Made by a program: the position numbers and the translations under genes
Notes under the pieces: model-generated
Told to the model about the DNA's origin: nothing
Database searches by the model: none
What the model saw: the letters and a program-made list of their open reading frames with translations, nothing else
Assembly: GCA_013265495.1 (NCBI GenBank)
Contig: MU058781.1
Location: forward strand, 11,327,009-11,391,008
Length of the DNA stretch: 64,000 bases
Direction of reading: 5' to 3'
DNA from: Vicugna vicugna
Lineage: Eukaryota
In this document: piece after piece, positions 50,278 to 61,359 of the stretch
Position numbering within the stretch: position 1 is the first letter of the stretch
Layout of the letters: each line of letters opens with the position of its first letter

Positions 50278-52506
50278 CTAAGTCAAATACAGCAAAAACG
50301 AAAGCAAAGAAATTGATTTAAAACACTGGTGATAGAAGTGCGTCATAAAACACCTATGCCTGTTCTATCGTGCAGACACGTAGGCTTAAAATGTCCAGAA
50401 AGCATTATTTTCTGCTGAAATACCCAGAAGATAATATATAGACTTTTTTTAAATTAATATATAGACTTTCTTAAAGCTCTCTTCGCACTTAGCTAGTTGT
50501 ACTTTTGGGCCATTTTGTATGATCATTACAGTGTTTCTCTTCTTAAAAAAGAGAAATAATGACCTTACTTATGTCCAGGGTCTGGAAAGTGAAAAATACC
50601 TTGGTTTAAAATACATCCTGGATCATTTTGTACTGGTCCACACTATCTGGACCCAGAAATATTTTTGTTTCTAGTAGTGCCAAATCTTGCTTGTCTAAGT
50701 AAAATAAAGAACTTGTGTCAAAAAATAATTAGATTTCACCACTCTGACTGCATGTCAAATATAATGAACAGTATAAGAGCCATTTCTATGTTACAGCCTC
50801 AGGAGAGAGGGGCTGGAGAAAATCTAGCCAGACTGGGGTGTGATGGGGAGACCATAATAAGACATAGTCCCAATTTGGGGATGAGGATGCTACAAGTCAG
50901 ATGGGGTTCCGATGGAGTTCTGAGACTCAATTTGACCCCTTGCCAATGCCTCCTAAAAATAAGTCAAGCAATAGAAAATGGGTGAGGACAACCAAATATT
51001 GACCCAAGGGAGTGATTAACATCCCATAGGTCACCAGCCACTTTCAACCTGAGAAAAGACACCATAGATTGGCGCAGAGACAATTGGTGCCTTTTCTAGT
51101 TTGTCCATTTTGTCCATTCCACCCCCTTTTGGGGAAGACTCAGGACAACAGGGGAGCATCTGATGTTGAGAAGGCTTTATTCCATTGCTGTTATGGGGAA
51201 AGGCTAGAAAGATTAGAAATAGTCAGGCAATAAATTGAGTAAGCTCCGAAGTCCCTCTGTAAAAAAAAAAAACAACACCACAATACCTAAACCCCATCTA
51301 GCTTCAAAACCAGAAATTAAGACAATCAGTTCCTTTTATGCACACATCCCCAGACTCTTGAGCTCTGGTCACCACGCTCCCCTAGGCAGCTCACTCAGAT
51401 ACTCCACCACCACCGACTCAAAAGATCCAAATCTGAGTGTAACCCCTCCCCTACACCTACCACTGCTCTCCCATGAACCTTAGTTCAGATAACTGCGCCA
51501 GCATCCACCCATATGCTGAAGTCAGAATTTTACCAAGTCCTGAGAATTTAGGCTCTAAAATGTCTTTCCCATTCCTCTTTTTTTCCCCTCTTCTCCCTGT
51601 ATTTTGGCCTCAAACAGGGCTTGTACCATCCCTCATTTAGACTCTTGCAAGTCCCCGCTATTCTCCTGCTTTGGTCTTTCTTCCTATTAATCATTATCTT
51701 TTTAAAAATCCAAATCTTTCAGGTGACATGATCCTAGGGTTTGCTTTAAAATGCTTCAACCAAGATAAGAAGAAAACACAACTGGATAGATGAAAAAAGA
51801 CCGGTAAATGTTGATAACTGCTGAAGCTGGGTGATGAGTTTATGATGGTGCATTAAGGCTGCCCACTGTACTTTTATATATGGCTGAAAACTTCCATAAT
51901 AAAGTGTTTGAAAAAACTCAAACCAATGTCACTTCGCTGATAAAATTCATAGGTGTATATATTTGCCAAAATTCAAATTGTACATCTAAAATATGTGTAG
52001 TTTACAATACAGAAATTATACCACAAGAAAATTGTTTAAAAAAAATTGCTTCAGCCTCTCGCAAAGGACCAGCAAAGACATCAGTACCTAAACCAAGATG
52101 GCAAAAGACTAGACCCTACATTTCACATTAAGAAACAACACAGAACTTGAAAACATCTCTGCTCTGAGATTTCCAAGGAAGAGAGAAAGCAAAGCATCAT
52201 GGTGTCACTTGGACATGGGGCTTGAGTTGCCAGTGGTCAAAGGAGAATGAAGCCATTAGAAGATACACTCCACAAACAAAAGGAAGCGCTGTTCGCTCAC
52301 AGAGGGAGACTGGAAAACAGCTAACGGGGGCAGAAGAAGAGTAGCCTTTTCTCGGCCAAGCAGGGATGGGCACCTGCCGTGAACCAATAACCTAACACTA
52401 ACATTTTCAGATAATCACGGCCTGGCTTAGGGTCCATCAGTCTGGAAAGCAGCAGCGACCCGGCTCCCTCCACCGGCAGGTCCACCCGCCCTCTGCCCTG
52501 ACTCAC

Positions 52507-52655
52507 CCTTCTTCACGGCCACGGTGAGGGTGGTCGTGCTGCTCAGTCCCTGCTGGTCTTTCACTGTTAAACGGAAGTGGTAGGTACCCACCTGAAGACC
52601 GCTTACAGTGGCTATAGCTTTGTCCACGTTCTCCATCTCCACCATGCTGGGGCCT
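52507..52655 (-). CDS. KIAA0319: KIAA0319 exon 13 (PKD domain 4, C-terminal half)
   Basis: tcatag|A GGC...AAG G|gtgagt; 149 nt; GPSMVEMENVDKAIATVSGLQVGTYHFRLTVKDQQGLSSTTTLTVAVKK. Confidence 0.96.
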
Positions 52656-53079
52656 CTATGAAACAGGACAGTCATTGACAAAAGGCAGGAGGTGTGGGAT
52701 TCTGCTGCCGGCAGGTATGTTGTTTGTGTCCTTATAATGCTTCTTTTCACAGCAATGATATATACCATCTAGAGAATTCTAAGATCACTTTTTTTTTAAG
52801 ATCACTTTTAATTCATTTATATTCTCTAGTTCCGTGTAAGAGTCACAAGCTAAAGCCTATTTCAGACAGAGGCTGCTGGATTCCTGGGAAGAGAATTTGG
52901 GGATTTTTTGTTTTTGTTTTTTCAAATTGAGCTGTCAATGAACCAATCTGTTCTTAGAAAATGAAACCTTAGAAACTACTCCTATTTCTTCTTTGAATAA
53001 AATCAGCTGAAATCCTCTGCTGTCTTTCGGGAGACCTTGGAAGAGGCGAGAATGAGCCAGGTAACCGGAGAGAGGAATT

Positions 53080-53300
53080 ACAGTGTAGTCATGAAGATCG
53101 TGGGCTCTGTAGGCAGAGAGGCCCAGGGTGGAGCCCCAGCCTTGCTCTTACTACCTGGGCAACCGTAGGCCAGGTGATCTCACCCATCTCTGCAAGTCTC
53201 AGTCTCTTCACCTTTAAGATGGGAATAATATTATTATTTACCTCTTAAGAACTGATCTAGGATTCTATGAGATTAAGGATGTAAAGCACAGAAAATGTTA
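53080..53300. mobile_element. MIR SINE
   Basis: agtgtagtcatgaag...agtctcagtctcttcacctttaagatgggaataata...atgtaaagcac. Confidence 0.65.
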
Positions 53301-53683
53301 GAGGATACAGGCACCCCTTGAACTCTGCACTTCTGTTGTCTACAGTCACCGCAGATGGTTTGAGCGAGTGTAGACGAGTTGCGCGAGAACCACAGCAGGT
53401 TCTTCTGAACCTCTTCTGTCATGAAGCCTACCTCACACCAAGACTACCCTGTCCACTTGCCCCAGGCTCCACCTCCCTCCACTGTCAGGAATGCCCAACT
53501 TGTCCATCCACACCTGATGTAGTCTTCAATCAACAGTGTCCGGCCAGTTCTAGAAACTTGCTTAAATTCTGACTCCTGAACAATCTCAAGTTGATGGTTT
53601 GATTTAGACCCTCCAGGGAAAGGGTAATATTAACACTCAGCCAGGGCGTGAACCAGCACCCAGTGATGAGACGGGCTGACTAC

Positions 53684-53816
53684 CTGACATGCTCCCAGTG
53701 GTAGAAAACAATGCCATGGTCATCACTGCTCCTGCTCCCATCCAGGGTTGTGCGCTCCACTGGGAAGACCAGCTCCTTATCCGGGCCAGCCACCGCCACC
53801 GGAGGCCTGTTGTCTT
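53684..53816 (-). CDS. KIAA0319: KIAA0319 exon 12 (PKD domain 4, N-terminal half)
   Basis: ttctag|AA GAC...GTC AG|gtagtc; 133 nt; (E)DNRPPVAVAGPDKELVFPVERTTLDGSRSSDDHGIVFYHWEHV(R). Confidence 0.96.
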
Positions 53817-54454
53817 CTAGAATACAGAAACGGCATGAAGAAGTATCTCCTTGCATTAAGTCTGCCATCCCCTGATTTCTTGATTTAAGCCAATTACTCA
53901 TGTTCAGATCAGGCAGCTACTAGAGCGTACCATGTCCTCTGGGAATCCTGGGGTGAAACACTGCAGTCTCCCAGCTGACCCAGGAGTTAAATATTCTGAG
54001 TTTGAGACTGGGGATACAGACAGCAAGAAATACTGTTCCCTAATACGTACATCTTTGGGTTCTTTAAAAGACCTCAAAAGTCAGGGAGTGGAATTGTATC
54101 AACTCCCCAGTGTCTGGACACAGGCCATCTGAGTATCAAGCCGCATGTAACCACCAGTCTCTTCAAGAATGCCCTCGAGCTTTGCAGCAGAGCGGAACGC
54201 GGCATCGGAGCCCAGAATGACTTGGGATGGCTCTCACTCTGTCCCTCGTGCCATGATTTAGAGACACAGGACATAATTCAGAACCACAAGAGAAAACTGG
54301 CTTCATATTAAGATTCAGCTTCTGCAGCCCTGATTTCTTAATAGTTCAAAGACTTAGAGAATTTGCACCAAATCTGGCTTGTCTGAAGCCCAGAAGCCCA
54401 GACGTCATTTCTGCTTTAATCTCTGGGGCCAAACCCCTTTCCCATCTCACCTAC

Positions 54455-54578
54455 CAGGCTGGACAGTCACAGTGACCACAGCTGTGGATTGTTGCCTTGA
54501 AGAATCTGTCACCATCAGCTGAAATGTATAGTCTCCTGCCTCCAGTGATGACAAATGAAGGTACGGTGTCTCTACTCC
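54455..54578 (-). CDS. KIAA0319: KIAA0319 exon 11 (PKD domain 3, C-terminal half)
   Basis: acttag|GGA...CCT G|gtaggt; 124 nt; GVETPYLHLSSLEAGDYTFQLMVTDSSRQQSTAVVTVTVQP. Confidence 0.95.
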
Positions 54579-54849
54579 CTAAGTAATGGCAAATACAAAA
54601 ATGAACAAGAAATAATATTACAGCAGCACGAGTAATTAGTATGGCATAATGGAAAACTAATGCTTTTTACTAAGTAGGGAGATCCTGCTTTTAAAATATG
54701 TATATGTCCCAGGAAAATGGGATCTAAAGTCCACTGGATACCCTCAGACACTATTGAAGGAATATAAATTAATATAGCATTTTTAGAAGCCAATATAGCA
54801 AGATCCATTCAAATGTTTTTGGGGGTTTTTTCCTTCAATTTTTCCTGAT

Positions 54850-55213
54850 TTTTTAAAATTTACTTTTAATTGACTAGTATAGTCAATTTACAATGTTGTG
54901 TTAGTTTCTGGTGTACAGCATAGTGATTCAGTTATACATTTATACATATATTCCTCTTCATGTTCTATTCCACTATAGGTTATTACCAGGTATTGAATAT
55001 AGTTCCCTGTGGTAGGAACCTGTTGTTTATCTATTTTATATATAGTAGTTAGTATCTGCAAATCCTGAACTCTCAATTTATCCCTTCCCACCTCATTCCC
55101 CACCAACAGCTGTAAGTGTGTTTTCTGTGTCCGTGAGTCTGTTTCTATTTTGTAAATAAGTTCATTTATGTCATTTTGTAAGATTCCACATTTAAGTGAT
55201 ACCATATGGTATC
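54850..55213 (-). mobile_element. L1 3' end (artiodactyl type)
   Basis: agtcaatttacaatgttgtgttagtttctggtgtacagcatagtgattcag...gattccacatttaagtgataccatatggtat. Confidence 0.9.
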
Positions 55214-55339
55214 ATTCAGGTGTTAAATGAAGGCACTTTTCAACCCAGCATTTCCACTTCTTAGTGTCTACACTAGAGATATGGCTATATGCATAATTAC
55301 GGAGACTCACCCACAGATGCTAACTGAGGCATTGCCTAT

Positions 55340-55345
<6 letters not shown>

Positions 55346-55389
<44 letters not shown>
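55346..55389 (+). repeat. A44 homopolymer
   Basis: 44 consecutive A inside an old L1M relic. Confidence 0.95.
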
Positions 55390-55390
<1 letters not shown>

Positions 55391-55779
55391 AAGGGAATAA
55401 CCAAACCCAGCATGATACACTATGAAAAAGAAAGACATTTAAAATAATAAAGTAGATTTATAAATAATAAAGTGGACAGATGTCAAAGACACATTATGAA
55501 GCAAAAAAAAAGAAAGTGAAACAACAAATACAGTATGGTTGATATTGCTACATGCACATATTGCACATATACAAACACAGAAAAGTTCTGGATGTACACA
55601 CATTAAACGCATAAAAGTAATTATCTCAAATAATGGAGCTTGAATGAGGTCAAGGTGCATTTTCACTTTATCAGAATTTGAGGCTTTTTTTTTAACCACA
55701 GGAAGTAAATTTGTTTTACTTTTATAATCAAAAATATTTTTTGTTATTTTTCTCCATTTATTGTTATCTTTTGAATTGA

Positions 55780-56015
55780 ATTTTTCATTTTTTGCATGTA
55801 TTTCTTTTTTTTAATTTTTTTGAAGCATAGTTGATTTGACAATGTATTTCTTTTTTTAAATTTTTATTGAAGTATAGTTGACCTGACAATGTTTCAGGTG
55901 CACAGCCAAGCGGTTCAGTTGTACATATATATTCTTTTTCAGATTCTTTTCCATTATAGGTTATTACAAGATATTGAATATAGTTCCCTGTGCTATACAG
56001 TATGTCCTTGCTGTA
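55780..56015 (-). mobile_element. Short L1 3' end with a duplicated terminus
   Basis: ttgaagcatagttgatttgacaatgt and ttgaagtatagttgacctgacaatgt...gatattgaatatagttccctgtgctatacag. Confidence 0.8.
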
Positions 56016-58022
56016 GAATAAATTTTTTAAATACCAGGACAATAAAACTTTTCAATAAGGCTTTTTTTTAGTTGAGTATATAGCAGTTATCTACTCGTTG
56101 CCTTCAGATTAATACCCTTTCATTTTATTGCTGCTGTGTTGTTGGTAATATTGTCAATTATTGCTTATGTTTGCAGTTCATGCCATCATGAAAAGGATTT
56201 TTAATTGTAAGCTCTATTATATTTACTTTAACTGATTCCAAGATTCCTAAAGATAAATATATCTGCATGTTCTTTTTTTTAAGTTTTAATGGGAAAATTG
56301 ATAGAAAATCAGTTGTGTTATCACAAGAGGCACTTCTGAAATATGAAATGCATTCTTTTAAGAATGCATAAAAAAAAGTCCTTTTCCCTACTTTGACTAA
56401 ATAAGCAAAGTACTTTTTCCCTGAAGTGCTCTATGGAGAAGGTATAATTTCCTAGTACTTGCCTCAAAAATTAATATGGTTACATGACTGCTTATGCACA
56501 CAATAAAAAGGAACCTTGTGGCAAATGGGAACTGAGCAGACTAATTCACTGAGCACCCCTCCAAAACAGCCAAATGATTCAGGTAGTGGCACAGGCTTCA
56601 ATGACCTTCCCTAGTCCAGAGCTTAGCCTCTGCTGCTTGCCTTCACAATTTTTAGACAATTTAAGAGCTGATCTTGGTGAGCATCCCAGTGAATAAAAAG
56701 CATCACCCTTTTTGACATCTGAATCTATCAACCGCAAGGCAGTAACACTGTTACTGTGGATAATCTTTGAGTGTCTGCAGCAGGCAGCAGGTGTGGAGAG
56801 TAGGGAGGCTAGCTCTGTGTTCCTGGACCAGTGGCTTCCTCTGGATACATGTTCATCAGGCATGGATGCACTGGGGCATTAACTCTGAGCACATAATTCA
56901 CAACAATTAAGTGAAAGATAATTTGGAATATTTTTTAACTGAGGAAAGACAAAATATCCTATCTTCTTGTTTTGTAAACAAATCCCTCTAAATCAGAATT
57001 CTTTTTTTTTTTACACTAAAATATACAGCATTGTTTGGCACGTTTTTTAAACTTCACATGCATAGTGTCATTTACTATGATCTTTTTATAACTTGCTTTT
57101 TTATCTAACATTTTGTTTTTGGAGATTTCTCTATGTTGTTTGATTTTTCACTATATTGCCAGAATTCTTAACCCAAGCGAACACCACACCTGCCACAACC
57201 CTTAAGTAGAGATGGCCACTATGCCAAGTGCTCTCCAAGGCTATCTGGAGGACTCATGGCTCTTTTAAGTTCCATGAACCCAATCAGTCATTTTTAATTC
57301 ATCCCAATTGCAAAGCACTTTCCAGAAATATCAAGAGTAAAGTAGGTCAGTTTCCATGAAATGTCTGACTTCATAACAAATACTAGTAAGAAATTGTCTT
57401 GGACTGGTGAGATGGAGCTTAAAGGAAATGAGGAAGGTGGCAACATAAGGTACTATCTTTTTTCCGTTAAACTCCTAAATAACAACATGACTTCAAAGAT
57501 ACCAAGCTGGTTAGCGACAAAAACAAATAGTTCTGGCCATCACCAAAACAAGAAGCAGGCAGCTCACACACACTCACGCACGCAAGCACACCCAGCAAAG
57601 TTTCAAGGTTATTCTGTCTTTAAACAAATATATTAGAGATTTGAACAAATCAAAAGGTAAACACAAAAAGATCTGAACAAGAGATCACAGAATCCAGAAA
57701 AGGTAACATGAAGTTTCTAAACATAGGACCAACAAAATAAAAAGGAATTTTCTGATAATGAGGTTTAGATTAGGTTATTTTTAAGGCTTTTCTTAATACA
57801 AAAATAATATTTCTGTAGCAAATGTTGGGTCAGACTTTTCCCAAACTAACCTTAAGGTCAAGTTGTCAACACAGGACCTGCTTAACTGCTATTCTGGGCT
57901 TTCCATAGGGTGGGAAGTGATATGAACTTGTGAGTTAGCTATTCTTCTAATGGTTGTAATATATCAGACAATTTTATAAATTTATATTTTCTGAATTTAA
58001 CTGCCCCTTCACACCAATATTT

Positions 58023-58023
<1 letters not shown>

Positions 58024-58074
<51 letters not shown>

Positions 58075-58145
58075 GAGATAGATCGATCGACTGACCAAAG
58101 GATGGATTGATGGATGGATGGATGGATGGGTGAATAAATGGATGC
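58024..58145. repeat. Compound (GATA)n / (GATG)n microsatellite
   Basis: About 12 GATA units followed by GATG units, 60-180 nt inside KIAA0319 intron 10. Confidence 0.9.
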
Positions 58146-58205
58146 ATGGACAGATGGACAGGCAGACAGACAAATAAATGTCTGAAGGCAGGACAGAGAA
58201 CTTAC

Positions 58206-58434
58206 CTGCATGGTCACCTCTTTACTCTCACTCCCAGGGCCCCGGGACCACTCATAGAGAACAATCTGGTGATCATCACTGCTCTGGTTTCCATTCAAAG
58301 TGATGGAGTTTTGAGGTAAAGTTATAGTCTGATTTGGTCCCGCGTTGGCAACTGGTGGATGGTCCACAGCACTGTTGACTACTAGGGTTGCCGTTGTAGA
58401 GTTAGTGGCTCCATCTGAGTCTGTAACAGTCAAC
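58206..58434 (-). CDS. KIAA0319: KIAA0319 exon 10 (end of PKD2, start of PKD3)
   Basis: ttgtag|G TTG...CAG|gtaagt; 229 nt; LTVTDSDGATNSTTATLVVNSAVDHPPVANAGPNQTITLPQNSITLNGNQSSDDHQIVLYEWSRGPGSESKEVTMQ. Earlier exons lie beyond the window end. Confidence 0.96.
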
Positions 58435-58482
58435 CTACAACAAGAAGAGGAAGCTATTATGTTGCGAGAATATGCCAAGTCT

Positions 58483-59028
58483 GGATGGAAACACCCTAAA
58501 TGTCCATCAACAGATGACTGGATAAAGAAGTTGTGGTATATATACACAACGGACTATTACTCAGCCATAAAAAAAGAATGAAATAATACCATTTGTAGGA
58601 ACATGGATGGACCTGGAGGTCATCATACTAAGTGAAGTAAGCCAGAAAGAGAAAGAAAAATACCATATGATATAACTTATATGTGGAACCTAAAAAATGA
58701 ACTGATTTAAAAAACAGAAACAGACTCACAGACATAGAAAACAAACTTATGGTTACCAGAGGGGAAAAGGGGGTGGGAAGGGATAAATTGGGACTTTGGG
58801 ACTTGCAGATACTAACTACTATATATAAAATAGATAGACAACAAGTTCATATTGTATAGCACAGGAAACTATATTCAATATCTTGCAGTAACCTATAATG
58901 AAAAAGAATATGAGAAGGAATATATATGTATATGTATGACTAAAACATTATGCTGTACACTAGAAATTGACACAAAATTGTAAACTGACTATATTTCAAT
59001 TTTTAAAAATGTAAAAAAATAATTTTAA
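58483..59028 (+). mobile_element. L1 3' end (artiodactyl type) with a 16-bp TSD
   Basis: TSD agaatatgccaa(g/a)tct at 58467-58482 and 59029-59044; typical L1 tail. Confidence 0.9.
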
Positions 59029-60479
59029 AGAATATGCCAAATCTTAAGGCAAATGGCCGATTTAGTCTGCCCACGATATGTTTCTCATAAAAACTCAGAG
59101 CAGGTGCAAATAGAAATCAGAGGATGAAGCAGAGAAAAGCACAGAGACTTGAGGATATATTTTAAATTCTATGTTGCTGTTGATTTACTTCATTTTTCGC
59201 TAGTAATATGTTCACATGACAGAGTTTAATTTTGTATGGGTTTCTGATGCCGGATGAAGAAATCATCCTTCAGCCAACACAGAGGCCTCTCTCTACTATC
59301 TGAGACCCAGAATGTATCAGCTTTAAGACCTGCCTTCAGGCCTGAGCATGTGGAGACAGCAAATCACTCATGAATCTTCAGCTCCAAAGCTTTTGAATTT
59401 TCTCATTCTTTTCTAGAGGACTTAATATAATTATGGTTTCAGGACAGTCCTGCAAAGCAATTTTAGGATTAAGCATTTTCAAATACAAACGATACTCAAC
59501 CAACACACACAACAAAGAGAGAGCTGCCCTGACCCTCCTGTAGTAAACTCACTGGTGAGGTAGCAACTGGATCGGTAAAATATGGTCACTTCATCCTTCT
59601 GGGATAAAAATGTTAGCTCAGAGCAGTGATGAATGTTTAACAGGTGTGAATAGGAGAATGAATCTCTGGAAGAAACACAGGTCTTATTTATAGGTAAGGC
59701 ACATGTACGGGGACCCATGAATTCTGGGCCACTGTCCCACGTACTCCGTTCCCACAAGTGTACCTAAACAAAGCCCTCAGATAAGAAGCAGACAATCATC
59801 TGGCAACATACATCAAATTCCTTAAAAACACACAGGCCTCTGACCCAGACATTTTACTTGCACTCCAAAATTTAACTGTAAGAATGTTCACCCAAACACT
59901 GAATAATGGGGTTAAATTAATTATCTACAATGTATCAGCACAGCATCAAATGTGATGCTGCAGAACATTGAACAACAGGAATGTTCATGGGGAATCTAAG
60001 AACAGATCCACCCATACATGAAAATGTGATGTAGGAGGGATGTGGTCCTACAGCTTGGGAAAGGACAGACTAGACAATAACTAGTACTGGGGCAACTGGC
60101 TATACAGTAACTAGTACTGGACAATGGATATATCATCAATTCTAGATGGATAACATTTAAATGTGAAAGACAACATTTTTAAATATTAGAAGAAAATATA
60201 GAACATAGCTTGTAAAACGTCTTACATATTTTGATCCAAGTAAGAAAAAAAGGTATATTTATGTCTGTATAGAAAAAGACCATACACATAAATACTATAT
60301 TGGCAAGGGTGTTTATTTCTAAGTAGTGGAAGGTATTCAGTTTCCTTCTTTCTGCTTATAGATATATTATATTTTATTTTTATGGAAAATGTGCATTATT
60401 CTTATCATAAAAAGATAATACTTGTTTCTTGAAACCTGTATTTCTTCTGTGTCAACCTATGGATGCCAAGGTGGTAAAC

Positions 60480-61150
60480 TAAAAACAAACACATGACACC
60501 TCGGTAAAGAAGACAGACAGATAGCAAATAAGCATATGAAAGAATGCTCTACACCATGTCATCAAGGAAACAAAATTAAAACAACACTGAAATGCCACTA
60601 CACACCTATTAGAATACCCAAAATCTGGCACAGTGACAACACCAAATGCTGGCCAGGATGTGGAGCAACAGAAACTCACATCCATTGCTGGTAGAAATTC
60701 AAAATGGTACAGCCACTCGGATGTATTTGTGGGAGAGGGTAAGCTCCACGACCTTCTGGTCTGCCACCTTGAAGCCCCGCCCCTACAGCCACTTTAGAAG
60801 ACAGCTTGGCAGTTCCTTACAAAACTAAACACACTCTTACCATACGATCAACAATCATGCTCTGTGCTATTTACCCAAAAGGGCTGAAACTTATGTTCAC
60901 ACAAAAATCTGCATACAAATGCTTTTGACAGCAATATTTACAATTGCCAAAATTTGGAAGCAACCAGGATGTCCTTTGGTAGATAAATGGATAAACTGTG
61001 GTACATGCAGACAATAGAATATTACTCAGTACTATGAAGAAATGCACTATCAAACCATGAAAAGACATGGGGGGATTTTAAATGCGTATTACTAAGTGAA
61101 AGAAGCCAATCTGAGAGGGCTGCTTACTGATTACTTCCAACTATATGAAC
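60480..61150 (+). mobile_element. Old L1M fragment (ORF2 end and 3' UTR)
   Basis: agcaaataagcatatgaaaga...ggatgtggagcaacagaaactc...ggaagcaaccaggatgtcc...ctaagtgaaagaagccaatctg. Confidence 0.85.
60718..60783 (-). mobile_element. Tailless 66-bp insertion resembling the extreme 5' end of an L1, with a 10-bp TSD
   Basis: TACAGCCACT at 60708-60717 and 60784-60793; insert on -: GGGGCGGGGCTTCAAGGTGGCAGACCAGAAGGTCGTGGAGCTTACCCTCTCCCACAAATACATCCG. Confidence 0.7.
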
Positions 61151-61359
61151 CAAAACAGAAGTTTTTACAGCATGTGTAAAATCTAAAGCATTCTAGAGCA
61201 CCTCTGTGGACTTTTCAGTCAAAGATGAATTCAGCAGATGCTTGAGAGTTTATTAACCTAGCCAGATTCAGAGGATTCATAAATATATATGGATGGGCTC
61301 CTTCCCCCAAATCATCAGATTCTTAAAACAGTATACAAGATCTTAAAAATATAACATCC

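Noticed and set aside
57939..58547. Longest ORF in the track (202 aa, - strand)
   Set aside because: A chance read-through of antisense L1, KIAA0319 exon 10 and the GATA microsatellite (SIYLSIYL). Only 58206-58434 is coding.
60074..60130. TAACTAGTACTGG repeated at a 30-nt period
   Set aside because: A degraded local tandem duplication within an old L1 ORF2 relic; no sign of function.
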